Positions 51,513 to 61,625 of a stretch of DNA of 64,000 nucleotides are shown here, piece by piece; position 1 is the stretch's first letter; each line of letters opens with the position of its first letter. The notes beneath the pieces are model-generated. The model made no database searches, was not told the origin of the DNA, and saw only the letters and a program-made list of their open reading frames with translations. A program made the translations under genes and the position numbers. The stretch comes from an uncultured Spirochaetota bacterium (GTDB lineage Bacteria; Spirochaetota; Brevinematia; Brevinematales; JAOACQ01): the NCBI GenBank assembly GCA_963768055.1, contig CAVYGN010000001.1, positions 160,001-224,000 of the forward strand. The letters run 5' to 3'.

Positions 51513-53003
51513 ATGGAGAAGGTCACGATCATTATTTTAGCTCTTCTTTGTTCGGGTTATATAATAATTTCAGCGGTTACTTACAATATCCCAAAACCGG
51601 CATCAACTGAACTGGATGTTTATACCGATCCGGGATACTGGAAAAATCAGGCCCTTAAGGATATAATACCTTTCTGGGAGAAGACCATCGATAGGAAGAA
51701 CGGGGGGTTTTATTGCGATGTTATGAGGGATGGGAACGTCGATCCGACTAACGGGAAATATCCCATGATGATCTCTGAGATCGTTTACGGATTTTCCGCC
51801 GCCTACATGCTCAGCGGGGACGGTAAATACCTCGAATATGCAGGTCATGCCCTTGACTACCTGACAAATTACGGGTGGGATAAGGTAAATGGAGGGTGGA
51901 ACTCTTACCTTGACACAAGCAATCTTCCGGCTACGAATGATTTTATGCCCAATCTTTACATCAAATATATGTATGTACAGGATTACTGCAGCCTCGGCCC
52001 CGTTTTTTATTATATGGCAACCGGCGATAAAAACTCGCTTGAATATGTAAAAAAAACGCATGACCTTATCCGGGAGCATGCATGGGACTCTCAAAACGGG
52101 GGATACTTTTCGGAGGTCAGCACCAACTGGCTCATGTCTACAACTATGAAATCGATCAGCGCACAGATCGACACATGCTCCTATCTTATCTATTATTACC
52201 TTGCCTTGAGGGATAAGAGCCTTTTAACCGACCTTATAAGACTAGCCGGCTTAGTAAGGACCCATATGATAGACCCGGAAACCGGATTCGCCGGCGAAAA
52301 CTTCGACATATACTGGAGATCTCAGGAACAGACTCTTTCCACTATGAATAACCTTGAAACAGGGTGGGTAATGATGCGGTCTTATAACCTGACAAAGATC
52401 CAAAAATTTGAGGATACGGCTGAAAAAATATTGCAGGTCCAGATCTCGAATAATTGGGATACGAGGTATTCAGGGTGGTATTCAAGGTTCAACTTTACCA
52501 ATGCCCTTACAAATGATGAATCAAAAGACCTGTATTCGCTGGAAGAGGGGGACAAATTACTACTCACCCTTTACCGGCAAAGCAATAAAAAAGAATATCT
52601 GGACAGGTTCAGGGAAAGTGCCTGGTTCTGGGACAAATACATAGTAGACCATAAATACGGCGAATGCCATCCGGAGGTGGCCAGGGACGGAAGGACCTGG
52701 TATTCTGAAATAAAAGGAGGTATTTATAAATCGGCGTCCAATACGATGGAACATGCCCTTTTCAATTATCTTTACCTGAGCCTTTACGTGGAAAAAAAAG
52801 AGCCGTCGCTTTATTTCAGGATCGGCTCGGCTAAGGCCGGGGAGAGGCATTATGTAATGCTGACTGAAGACAACGATGTTGTAATAAAAAGAGTGACGAT
52901 CGACGGCAAAGACTGGCCGCTTTTCAATTCTAAAGAGGGTTATGTGACACTCCCTGAGGGCCGTAATCTAAAGATAATGGTCACATATGCGCAGTTAAAA
53001 TAA
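51513..53003 (+). CDS. AGE (N-acylglucosamine/cellobiose 2-epimerase) family protein with an N-terminal signal or anchor
   Basis: PFW....D...GGFY, Y.FS.AY..G...YL..A.HA..YL....WD..NGGW alpha/alpha-barrel repeats. Confidence 0.75.
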   Translation: MEKVTIIILALLCSGYIIISAVTYNIPKPASTELDVYTDPGYWKNQALKDIIPFWEKTIDRKNGGFYCDVMRDGNVDPTNGKYPMMISEIVYGFSAAYMLSGDGKYLEYAGHALDYLTNYGWDKVNGGWNSYLDTSNLPATNDFMPNLYIKYMYVQDYCSLGPVFYYMATGDKNSLEYVKKTHDLIREHAWDSQNGGYFSEVSTNWLMSTTMKSISAQIDTCSYLIYYYLALRDKSLLTDLIRLAGLVRTHMIDPETGFAGENFDIYWRSQEQTLSTMNNLETGWVMMRSYNLTKIQKFEDTAEKILQVQISNNWDTRYSGWYSRFNFTNALTNDESKDLYSLEEGDKLLLTLYRQSNKKEYLDRFRESAWFWDKYIVDHKYGECHPEVARDGRTWYSEIKGGIYKSASNTMEHALFNYLYLSLYVEKKEPSLYFRIGSAKAGERHYVMLTEDNDVVIKRVTIDGKDWPLFNSKEGYVTLPEGRNLKIMVTYAQLK

Positions 53004-53043
53004 ATGGACTTGCCGGTTTGCCGGCAACAAGAGGAGCTGTAGA

Positions 53044-53421
53044 ATGAAAATTAGTTTTTGCGGCCTGGTTACGGTGAATTGGTCGCCACAGAATCCATGG
53101 ATTAACAATGAATCGGATATAATCAATAATCCGGGACATCCATCGAAAACCAGGAATAAAGACGATAATATGAAGAATGTGGATCTGAACAGGCTTGTCG
53201 ACCCGGCCGATCCCGTTAATAAAATCTGGAGGAAAAAACCGGACAGGATTGCGGATGCGCTCGGGGAATTGAAAGACGCCGGAGTAGTCGTGCTCTGGAG
53301 GCCCATGCAGGAGATGAACGGGATATGGTTCTGGTGGGGTATAGCTTCGCATCCGCACAATCCGGAACCTTATATCAAGGTTTACAGGGACATGTTCGAG
53401 TATATTCGAAAGAGCTTATGA
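53044..53421 (+). pseudogene. GH26 (beta-mannanase) fragment
   Basis: VVLWRPMQEMNGIWFWWG acid/base motif; only 125 aa, lacking the rest of the barrel. Confidence 0.7.
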
Positions 53422-53640
53422 ATATCCCCGGAATTCTCAACAGGGGGCAGTTAACATGGTCGAATTATTCCGCAAATAAGGTTTTCGATACAAATTGATA
53501 AAATATCAAAATTTCAACGAATATAAATCCCTTTAAGTAACCCGTTGGGTCAAATTTAATTCTACTCGAAATCATATTCGAATAATTGACCCGGCGGATA
53601 AATTTTATTACTATTGACCAGTCAAATAACGGAGGATATT

Positions 53641-54375
53641 ATGATAAAATGGCTTTTAATCTTATTACTGGCGCCTGCCTTTTCATTCTCTATAACCGCT
53701 GAAGAGATAGTACGAGCTGTTGATAAGAATATGGTTTTCGATAATGAGAAGGGTACGGCGGTAATGATCATAAACAGGGAAGGGAAAAAAATATCAAAAA
53801 CCTTTAACCTGTATGCCAGGAAAAAAGGCGACGGTAACGAGTCTTTTTCCGAATTTACAAATCCCGAAGACAAGGGTACTAAATACCTCAAGATAGATAA
53901 TGAGCTCTGGATATACCTCCCTGACGCCGATGATGTTTTGAAGATTTCAGGGCATATGCTCAGGCAGGGAATGATGGGAAGCGATATTTCATACGAGGAT
54001 ATGATGAGAAACGAGGATTTATTCAGCAGGTATTCGGCCGTAATGACGGGGGAAACGAACATAGAAGGGGTGAAATGCTACGATGTTACAATTACCGCAA
54101 AGGTTGAAGATGTTTCTTATTACAGGGAAAGGCTCGTGGTCGACGAGGAAAGGATGGTTGAGCTTGAAAGGGATCTCTATGCAAAGAGCGGCAGGCTTTT
54201 GAAGATATTTTCACAGAAAGGGATAAAATCGTTTAACGGAAGGTTTTACCCGACAATTATTACGGTTAAAGATATGAAAAGGGAAGATTCCCTGACAACG
54301 ATAGAACTGCAGAACCTTGACTTTGAAACTTCTCTTCCCCAGGGAATATTTTCGAGGCAGAACCTTAAAAAATAA
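53641..54375 (+). CDS. LolA-like outer-membrane lipoprotein-sorting protein
   Basis: Signal peptide; P...GTKYL.....LWIY.P, MGSD.SYED, F....L tail. Confidence 0.82.
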   Translation: MIKWLLILLLAPAFSFSITAEEIVRAVDKNMVFDNEKGTAVMIINREGKKISKTFNLYARKKGDGNESFSEFTNPEDKGTKYLKIDNELWIYLPDADDVLKISGHMLRQGMMGSDISYEDMMRNEDLFSRYSAVMTGETNIEGVKCYDVTITAKVEDVSYYRERLVVDEERMVELERDLYAKSGRLLKIFSQKGIKSFNGRFYPTIITVKDMKREDSLTTIELQNLDFETSLPQGIFSRQNLKK

Positions 54376-54438
54376 TCTTCCGGACGAACAGTTCCCGGCC
54401 GAATGGGATAGCAAAAAGATATTAAAAGGAGGCTTTCT

Positions 54439-55128
54439 ATGCTTCTCGAGGTTAAAAATTTAAATAAAACCTATCAATCGGGCAACATTGGTTTTCAGGC
54501 CCTGCATGATATCAATTTATCGATAGACAGGGGGGAATTTACCGCTATCTGCGGCCCGTCGGGCTCGGGTAAAACAACCCTTCTCAATATAATCGGCTGC
54601 ATCGACAGCTCCGATTCGGGCCAGGTTCTCCTTGACGGAGTGGATCTTTCGGGCAAAAAATCCCTCGATCTTGCCCTCCTGAGGCGCGAATATTTCGGAT
54701 TCATATTTCAGACTTACAACCTGATACCTGTACTTACATCATATGAAAACATCGAATTGCCGATGAAACTTCTGAAAAAATACCGTGATCCGGAAATAAA
54801 AAAGAGGGTGCTGGAAGTCATGGAGAAGGTAGGGTTGTCGGGCCTTGAGCACAGGAAACCCCTGGAGCTTTCAGGCGGACAGCAGCAGAGGGTTTCGATA
54901 GCCAGGGCGCTTGTAAAAAAACCGAAGATGATCCTTGCCGACGAACCTACGGCAAATCTCGATTCGGCTAACGGCGAATCGATCGTCCGCCTTATGCATG
55001 AAATGAACGATAAAGAAGGCGTGACCTTCGTGTTTTCGACTCATGACCAGCTTATTATGAAACATGCCAGAAGGCTTATAAATATCCGCGACGGACGGGT
55101 TGAAAGCGATATTCCCGTGAAAGCATGA
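54439..55128 (+). CDS. ABC transporter ATP-binding protein (LolD-like)
   Basis: GPSGSGKTT, LSGGQQQR, LADEPTANLD. Confidence 0.92.
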   Translation: MLLEVKNLNKTYQSGNIGFQALHDINLSIDRGEFTAICGPSGSGKTTLLNIIGCIDSSDSGQVLLDGVDLSGKKSLDLALLRREYFGFIFQTYNLIPVLTSYENIELPMKLLKKYRDPEIKKRVLEVMEKVGLSGLEHRKPLELSGGQQQRVSIARALVKKPKMILADEPTANLDSANGESIVRLMHEMNDKEGVTFVFSTHDQLIMKHARRLINIRDGRVESDIPVKA

Positions 55129-55162
55129 GTCCTGTAGGGAAGTCTGAAATTGGAGGTCTTCT

Positions 55163-56383
55163 ATGAAGTATCTTTTTTCGATAGCGTTTAAAAATGTCAT
55201 AAGATATCGAAGGAGAACGACCCTGACATCGCTTGTTCTGGCATTCGGAATAATGATCTTTATATTTATGTCCGGGCTATTAAAGGGTTTCGATGATAAG
55301 TCGTTCGAGAACCAGATCCAGTTCGAGACCGGCGACTTCAAGATCAGGAGCGCCTCTTTCGACGAGGAATCTCCGCTGGATATCAGTAATTTTATAACGA
55401 ACTACAGGAATGCTGAAAGCATCCTCGATACAAAGCCGTATGTGATCAGTTATACCGAGAGGCTCTCCTTTTCAGCCGATCTCGATAATGGCAAGGAATC
55501 CACTCCCATAGTTGTGATAGCAATCGATCCCCGGCGCGAGGATACGGTTTTTACCACATCGAACTTTATAATAAAGGGCGGTCTTGAGAATGAGGGAGCC
55601 GTGCTCGGTGAAAGCCTTGCCAGGGCACTGAAGGTTTCAATAGGAGACCAGGTATTCGTGACTTTCAGGAACGCCCAGGGAACATACGACTCGGTAGAGC
55701 TTAATGTTTCAGGAATTATTAATGCGCCGGATCCCCAGGTCAATAATTCCACAATATATATGAGCATCTTCGATGCGTGGAAGTATCTGAACACTGACAG
55801 GGTAACGGAGCTCGTTCTGAAAACAAAAGATTACAAGGGTTACAAAAAATATGAACCCGATCTTATGAGCAGCATGAGCGGTATGAAGGTATACGATTGG
55901 GAGGAGCTCGGTAAGGATTTCATAGCTATCGGCCAGGCAAAATCGAAGTCGATAGGCATACTGTTGTTTTTTATAGCCATAATAGCTGTTATAGGGATAA
56001 TAAACACGATGCTTATGTCGGTATTCGAGAAAAAAAGGGAGATAGGAACTATGAAGGCACTGGGAATGACAGACGGCGAAATTAAATATATTTTTGTTTA
56101 TGAAGGGCTTTTAATAGGGGTCATAGGGACGATTATCGGGCTTGCTGCGGGCATCCTGATCAATCTTTATTTTGCGATCAACGGTATGGACGTATCGGCA
56201 ATGATGGGTTCCAATATCGATATCGGCTGGAAGGTTATGGGTGTCGTCAAATCGGGCTGGGATGCGGCTTCAATCATAAGGGCCGTTATAGTCAGCCTCG
56301 TTGTGAGCGTTGCCGCAAGTTATTACCCGGCAGGCAAGACTGCAAAACTTCAGCCCGCGGAATGCCTCAGGTCTATCCAGTAA
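55163..56383 (+). CDS. ABC transporter permease (LolC/FtsX-like)
   Basis: A.KN..R..RRT.LT, MSV.E..REIGTMKALG. Confidence 0.88.
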   Translation: MKYLFSIAFKNVIRYRRRTTLTSLVLAFGIMIFIFMSGLLKGFDDKSFENQIQFETGDFKIRSASFDEESPLDISNFITNYRNAESILDTKPYVISYTERLSFSADLDNGKESTPIVVIAIDPRREDTVFTTSNFIIKGGLENEGAVLGESLARALKVSIGDQVFVTFRNAQGTYDSVELNVSGIINAPDPQVNNSTIYMSIFDAWKYLNTDRVTELVLKTKDYKGYKKYEPDLMSSMSGMKVYDWEELGKDFIAIGQAKSKSIGILLFFIAIIAVIGIINTMLMSVFEKKREIGTMKALGMTDGEIKYIFVYEGLLIGVIGTIIGLAAGILINLYFAINGMDVSAMMGSNIDIGWKVMGVVKSGWDAASIIRAVIVSLVVSVAASYYPAGKTAKLQPAECLRSIQ

Positions 56384-56402
56384 GGGCCGGAAGGAGGTTC
56401 AT

Positions 56403-57629
56403 ATGGGTTCCAATTTCAAATTTGCCTTAAGAAACGTTTTCAGGAACAGCCGCAGGTCTTTATTGACTGCGACCTCGATTTTCACTGCGGCGGTTATCGT
56501 CGCGCTTCTGATCGGCGTTTTAAACGGATTCCTGGATAATATCGACAATAACTATATCGATTACCAGACGGGTAATCTCAAAATAACCTCGCAGGATTAT
56601 ATCAATGATGAAAAGTTCCTGCCTGTCGATGACACCATGGCCGGCACGGAAGGGCTTATATCGAATATAAAAACTGTTCCCGGAGTCGACGCAGTCGAGC
56701 AGAGGATAAGGTTCGGCATTCTTCTGGGCAATGACCAGGACACCGTCCAGGCTTTCGGGATCGGAGCCGACCTTGACAGCCCCCGGCTCGACCTCTCGGA
56801 CAAGCTGGTAACCCCCTTGCAGGGTAAACCCGGCAGGATCGAGAAAGAGGGACTGTACCTTGGATATGAACTGGCAGCCAGGCTTCATCTGAAGCCCGGA
56901 GACGAGATACTTATCGCCACGAAGACTACGACGGGAGGCCTTAACGGCATCAAGGCCCGTGTAAAAGGACTTTTAAGCTTCGGCGTAGGGGTTTTTGACC
57001 GCAAGTTTTTCTACCTTGACCTGCCGAACGCGAGAAAATTATTGAAAATGCAGGGTCTCGATACGGAGATTCTGATCTTTACAAAGAGAGGATATTCAAT
57101 ATCAGCGGTAGAGGGAAAAATAACCCCCTTTATACCGAAAGACGATTCGATCAGGAACATCGGGGACCAGATTGGCGGCCTTTATTATCTTCTTGAAAGC
57201 GCGAGATATATCTATTACTTCTTCGACCTTCTTGTCATACTTCTAGCCTCCTTTGTCATAATAACCACAATGATGCAGGCCGTTTTTGAAAGGATGCGTG
57301 AAATAGGCACGTTGAAGGCAATGGGTATGACCGACAGGCAGATATTTGCAAGTTTTACGCTGGAGGGAGCGATTATAGGAATTATCGGTGCGCTTCCGGG
57401 AGGAATACTGGGGTATATTTTAGTACTGTGGCTCTCTGTAACCGGATTAGATTTCAAATCGACGTCCAATATGGACCTGCCGTTTAGCTTTATAATCCGC
57501 CCTTACATAGGGATAGAAGTTCTTATACTCTCGGTAATCATGGCCGTTGTCATGTCAAGCATTGCCGCTATGATACCCGCCAGGAGCGCCGGGCGCCTTA
57601 TGCCTGCCGAGGCCCTGAGAAAGCTTTGA
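56403..57629 (+). CDS. ABC transporter permease (LolE/FtsX-like), start revised to ATG at 56403
   Basis: AAGGAGG RBS; ALRN..RN.RRS.LT, ERMREIGTLKAMG. Confidence 0.88.
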   Translation: MGSNFKFALRNVFRNSRRSLLTATSIFTAAVIVALLIGVLNGFLDNIDNNYIDYQTGNLKITSQDYINDEKFLPVDDTMAGTEGLISNIKTVPGVDAVEQRIRFGILLGNDQDTVQAFGIGADLDSPRLDLSDKLVTPLQGKPGRIEKEGLYLGYELAARLHLKPGDEILIATKTTTGGLNGIKARVKGLLSFGVGVFDRKFFYLDLPNARKLLKMQGLDTEILIFTKRGYSISAVEGKITPFIPKDDSIRNIGDQIGGLYYLLESARYIYYFFDLLVILLASFVIITTMMQAVFERMREIGTLKAMGMTDRQIFASFTLEGAIIGIIGALPGGILGYILVLWLSVTGLDFKSTSNMDLPFSFIIRPYIGIEVLILSVIMAVVMSSIAAMIPARSAGRLMPAEALRKL

Positions 57630-59972
57630 CAGGTCATTCACCAGTGAATCCGGTATTTTTTGACGAATATTAAAAATGCCTTCCCAGGGGTCTTTTTTGA
57701 TTTTTTTCAAACGACCGTCGATATTCTGCACAGTAAATTGGTCAAATCTTAAATCTCCGGTCAATTCTTTCCAGTGAAGGGGCATTGAAACAGGTGCGTT
57801 TTTTCTCGCCCTGGCGGCATACGGAGCCGCCCATGTCGCTCCCGGAGTATTCCGGAAAAAATCGATAAATATTTTCCCGTTCCTGACAGATTTCGACATC
57901 GTGGCCGTTAGAAAATCCGGCCATTTTTCCACGAATTTATCGGCGATATAATGAGAAATATCCTTGATATCATTCCATCCAAGCGTTCGTTCTATCGGAA
58001 CGACAAGATGAAGGCCTTTTCCGCCGGTGGTTTTCACAAAGCTTTCAAGCCCGTACTGCCGCAGAAGTTCCCTGAAATTCAGGGCGGCGGCCGTGACAAA
58101 TTCGGGCTTGATATCGGGAGCCGGGTCAAGGTCGAAAACCATCCTGTCCGGTTTATCCCGATGTCCGGCCGTAATATCCATAATATGAAATTCGACGACC
58201 CCGAGCTGAACCAGGGACAGCAGCGAATTAACATCGTTAATAGTGATATAAAATTTAAAAGTATCTTTTTTCTGGAGCTGAAAAGTTTTAACGGTGTCCG
58301 GGAGCCCTTCCATCGGGTGCTTTTGAAAAAAGCATTGGTCTATGTTTTCCGTACAGCGGACAAGCACAAGCGGGCGGTCCGCGATATGGGGAAGCATCAG
58401 TTCCGCGATTTTTTCATAATAAAGAATAAGCTCGAGTTTGGTAATGTCCGGATCTTTAAAAATTATCTTATCGGGGTGTGAAATTGAAACCCCGGAAATA
58501 ACAGGAGATTTAATCTTACTTTCAGGTTTTTCAAGCACAACATCCGAAGGCCTTTTATCCTCCCTTAAACCCAGGAAAGAGGCATGCCGGAGCAGTAAAT
58601 CCGATGTCATATTCATGAAAGCCACCTCGGCTATCAGTTCGGGTCTGACCCAGACGGCTTCATCCATGCTTTTCATATTATAAAAAGGGGAACCCGGGAT
58701 CTTTAACGGATTTAATTTTTTAAAAATGGAATCCAATGCCCTGCTGTTAAAACCGGTCCCCACTTTGCCGCAATAAATAAGGTTTCCCTGACGATAAAAC
58801 CCGAGGAGCAGGGCGCTGAATTCGGACCGGCTTCCCCGGGGCTTTGTAAATCCCCCTATTACAAATTCCTGGCGTTTCAGGCATTTGATTTTGATCCAGC
58901 TGTTAGCCCGCTTTTCTTCATAAACACTTGTTATGTCTTTAGCCATGATGCCTTCCAGGGAAAGGCGGCAGGCGTTTTGTAAAATTTCCCCGACAGGGCC
59001 CTGACCGGCAAGGTGGCCGCTTAAAATCAAAGGCCCATTGTTATTATTTGCCAGGATCCGTTCAAGCAATCTTTTTCTTTCAGCCAGGGGGGCTTTTTTT
59101 ATATCATAACCGTTATAGTAGATAATATCGAAAATTATATATTGAAGCCTGTCATCCCTCCCGTCGCTTAGATCGCTTTGAAGCAGTTCGAAACTGCTGA
59201 CCCCCTTTTCATCAGGGGCTATTATTTCACCGTCGAGAATGCCGCTTTCGATCGGAAGATCCAGGCAGGACTGTGCGACGTTTTTAAATTTATCCGTCCA
59301 GTCGTACCCGTTTCTTGTGACAAGCTTTACTTTTCCATGATCTATATAACTCATAATGCGGTAGCCGTCATACTTGATCTCATAAATCCAGGAATCCCCC
59401 GCGGGTGGCTTTTCATTCGCGGCTGCCAGTTGAGGTTTGACTAAAGCGGGCATTGGCGATTTTAAGGCTTTTCCGGTTTTCAATATGTCAATATCGGATT
59501 CGGGATCATCGCTGTCTTTGATCAGGAGCCAATCTTTTTCATTATTTTTCATCCTGACAAGGGTCCATTTACCATTGAGTTTTTTTCCCTGCAGAATGAA
59601 TTTAATAGTACCGTCCTTATATGCGTTCAACGGATCTTTTTCCAGGGGCTTCCATTTTCCTTTGTCCCATATGGTAACTTTACCGGCCCCGTATTCTCCC
59701 TTGGGGATATCGCCCTCGAAGCCGGCGTACTCAAGCGGATGGTCTTCCACATTTACGGCAAGCCTTTTCTCGGATGGAACAAGGCTTGGGCCTTTGGGGA
59801 CGGCCCAGCTTTTAAGGACTCCGCCCATTTCCAGACGCAGGTCGTAATGAAGCCTCCGGGCCGAATGCTTATGAACTACAAAACGGTTTTTTTCATCCGG
59901 CCTTATATTATTTCCACGGGGCTCCGACGTCCTTGAAAACGCCCTTTTTTTTCTATAATCTGATAGAGCCAT
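57555..59972 (-). CDS. ligD: NHEJ DNA ligase D (phosphoesterase, ligase and polymerase domains)
   Basis: H.ARRLHYDLRLE...LKSWAVPKGPS, EIKYDGYR, FDLDP, KTTGGKGLH. Confidence 0.95.
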   Translation of the reverse strand: MALSDYRKKRAFSRTSEPRGNNIRPDEKNRFVVHKHSARRLHYDLRLEMGGVLKSWAVPKGPSLVPSEKRLAVNVEDHPLEYAGFEGDIPKGEYGAGKVTIWDKGKWKPLEKDPLNAYKDGTIKFILQGKKLNGKWTLVRMKNNEKDWLLIKDSDDPESDIDILKTGKALKSPMPALVKPQLAAANEKPPAGDSWIYEIKYDGYRIMSYIDHGKVKLVTRNGYDWTDKFKNVAQSCLDLPIESGILDGEIIAPDEKGVSSFELLQSDLSDGRDDRLQYIIFDIIYYNGYDIKKAPLAERKRLLERILANNNNGPLILSGHLAGQGPVGEILQNACRLSLEGIMAKDITSVYEEKRANSWIKIKCLKRQEFVIGGFTKPRGSRSEFSALLLGFYRQGNLIYCGKVGTGFNSRALDSIFKKLNPLKIPGSPFYNMKSMDEAVWVRPELIAEVAFMNMTSDLLLRHASFLGLREDKRPSDVVLEKPESKIKSPVISGVSISHPDKIIFKDPDITKLELILYYEKIAELMLPHIADRPLVLVRCTENIDQCFFQKHPMEGLPDTVKTFQLQKKDTFKFYITINDVNSLLSLVQLGVVEFHIMDITAGHRDKPDRMVFDLDPAPDIKPEFVTAAALNFRELLRQYGLESFVKTTGGKGLHLVVPIERTLGWNDIKDISHYIADKFVEKWPDFLTATMSKSVRNGKIFIDFFRNTPGATWAAPYAARARKNAPVSMPLHWKELTGDLRFDQFTVQNIDGRLKKIKKDPWEGIFNIRQKIPDSLVNDLSKLSQGLGRHKAPGAPGGYHSGNA

Positions 59973-60010
59973 GTTATAACCTTTGGTTTATTTAAGGGCT
60001 GTTCTAAAAT

Positions 60011-60041
60011 CAGTCGACAGTCGACAGCCGACCTTAGACTG
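60011..60041. repeat. Heptamer-period repeat, copy C
   Basis: CAGTCGA CAGTCGA CAGCCGA CCTTAGA CTG between ku and ligD. Confidence 0.5.
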
Positions 60042-60058
60042 GATTATTAGAAGTGCCC

Positions 60059-60889
60059 TTAAGCTATTTTCTTGTGGTTTTTAACGTTTTTTCCGCTCAT
60101 TTCCCGCTGTTTGACGCTTTTCTGCAGAATCTCCATGAAATCACTGTACCTTGCAAAAGCCACAGCTTTTGGAGCCTTTATTACTGCGTCCGGCTGCTTT
60201 ATTTTTTTGTCGATCAATTCAAAGAGTTTCTCGGAATATTCATCATTGTATTTTTCGGGCTGCCAGGCGCCGCTCATCATTTCAATAAGTTTGCCGGCTA
60301 TATTCATTTCACTTTCAGTTATTTTATATTTTGAAGGGGGTTCCCCCGGGAATTCAAATTCGCTCAGTTCTTTGATCTCATTTTTGAACAATAATAAATC
60401 CAGGGCCAGCGCGTTTCCCACCGGCATGATAACGCTTAAATATTGCCTTTTACTTATGACAACTTTGGCAATTCCGGCTTTATGGGTTTTTTTCAAAATT
60501 TCCCTTAGAAGTACGTATCCCTTTTCATCCTTTTTTTCGCTCACCAGATAGTACGGTTTATGGTAGAAGAGCGTATTAATATCGCCGAGTTCCACGAACT
60601 CTTCAATGTTAATAATCTGATTGGCTTCAACGGCGGCCTTTTCAAAATCCTCATCGCTCATGATAACATATTTATCTTTTTCATATTCATAGCCCTTAAC
60701 GATGTCAGCCCAGGGAACCTCTTCGCCTGTTTCTTCATTGACCCTCAGGTTTTTAACCCGCTTATTATTTTTCCTGTCAATGAAATGAAAACTTGGACCG
60801 GCATTCGATTCGTTTATCGCAGTAAAAAGAGTGACGGGTATACTGACAAGCCCGAAAGTGATATAGCCTTTCCAGATTGGATGTGTCAT
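60059..60889 (-). CDS. ku: NHEJ Ku protein (start revised to ATG at 60889)
   Basis: IWKG.I.FGLV.IPV.L, IVKGYE, KPYYL; AGGAGG RBS; upstream of ligD. Confidence 0.95.
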   Translation of the reverse strand: MTHPIWKGYITFGLVSIPVTLFTAINESNAGPSFHFIDRKNNKRVKNLRVNEETGEEVPWADIVKGYEYEKDKYVIMSDEDFEKAAVEANQIINIEEFVELGDINTLFYHKPYYLVSEKKDEKGYVLLREILKKTHKAGIAKVVISKRQYLSVIMPVGNALALDLLLFKNEIKELSEFEFPGEPPSKYKITESEMNIAGKLIEMMSGAWQPEKYNDEYSEKLFELIDKKIKQPDAVIKAPKAVAFARYSDFMEILQKSVKQREMSGKNVKNHKKIA

Positions 60890-61020
60890 GACGAGCCTCC
60901 TTTTAAAGCTAATTAAATAAGCTGTATTAGTCAATTCGAAGGGGGCTTATTGAATTCGGCAGGGCTGTTCTGCAATAATGCAAGCATAATAATTAAAATA
61001 CAAAAAAGCGCTTCATGGTA

Positions 61021-61049
61021 TTGACAATCAAAAATCTTTGTGATAAAAT
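61021..61049 (+). promoter_or_regulatory. sigma70 promoter of the putative RiPP operon
   Basis: TTGACA, 17 nt, TGa-TAAAAT. Confidence 0.7.
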
Positions 61050-61151
61050 AACTTTACCTTAATAAATCAATCTTTAATGGCTTGTTATTTAATACTCTGA
61101 AAAAGTTAACCTGTTAAAATAAGATGATTTCAAAAGAGAAAAGGACTGCAT

Positions 61152-61418
61152 GTGAGTTATCAAATTGCGAAGAATATCTCGTATAGGGCTCTTGACGATA
61201 GTGTCGTCGTTTTAAACCTTAAAAGCGGTTATTATTATATCCTCAATACAACCTCAAGCTGTATATGGGACTCTCTTTTCGCAAAAAAGATGGATATTGC
61301 AGGTACGCTTGATAACCTTGCCGGTTTATATTCTGATATTAAACGGGAAACCCTGGAAAAGGATGTGAGTGAGGAAATTAATTACTGGATTAAAGAAAAA
61401 CTGATTTTAGCCTCATAA
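61152..61418 (+). CDS. Stand-alone PqqD-family RiPP recognition element (RRE)
   Basis: 88 aa; VVLNL..G.YY.LN.T...IW..L....L...Y......L.KDV...I..W....LI pattern. Confidence 0.85.
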   Translation: MSYQIAKNISYRALDDSVVVLNLKSGYYYILNTTSSCIWDSLFAKKMDIAGTLDNLAGLYSDIKRETLEKDVSEEINYWIKEKLILAS

Positions 61419-61445
61419 AACAAATTCTGTTAAAGGGGGATACAT

Positions 61446-61595
61446 ATGCAGAAAACCGAAGAAAAAGCCCTGAAAACTTTGTCTTATGTTAAGCCGAAGA
61501 CAAAGAAGCACAAACCCGTCGACATAGTTAAGGGATCGGGTTCGTTATATTATTACAGTCTTTATTACACTTACTACTACTACTATTATTATTGA
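61446..61595 (+). CDS. Putative RiPP precursor with a poly-tyrosine core (49 aa, not in the ORF track)
   Basis: AAGGGGGA RBS; MQKTEEKALKTLSYVKPKTKKHKPVDIVKGSGSLYYYSLYYTYYYYYYY*; lies between the RRE and radical SAM genes. Confidence 0.85.
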   Translation: MQKTEEKALKTLSYVKPKTKKHKPVDIVKGSGSLYYYSLYYTYYYYYYY

Positions 61596-61625
61596 TCTTT
61601 TTCTTTCCGCCTAGTAACTGAGCAT

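Noticed and set aside
61547..61592. (TAY)n run read as a non-coding microsatellite
   Set aside because: It is in frame in an ORF with an RBS and leader motif, mixes synonymous codons and lies between RRE and radical SAM genes.
61152..61595. Lasso peptide or PQQ biosynthesis call
   Set aside because: No lasso cyclase or peptidase and no pqqB/C in view. The core has no Asp/Glu and no ExxxY motif.
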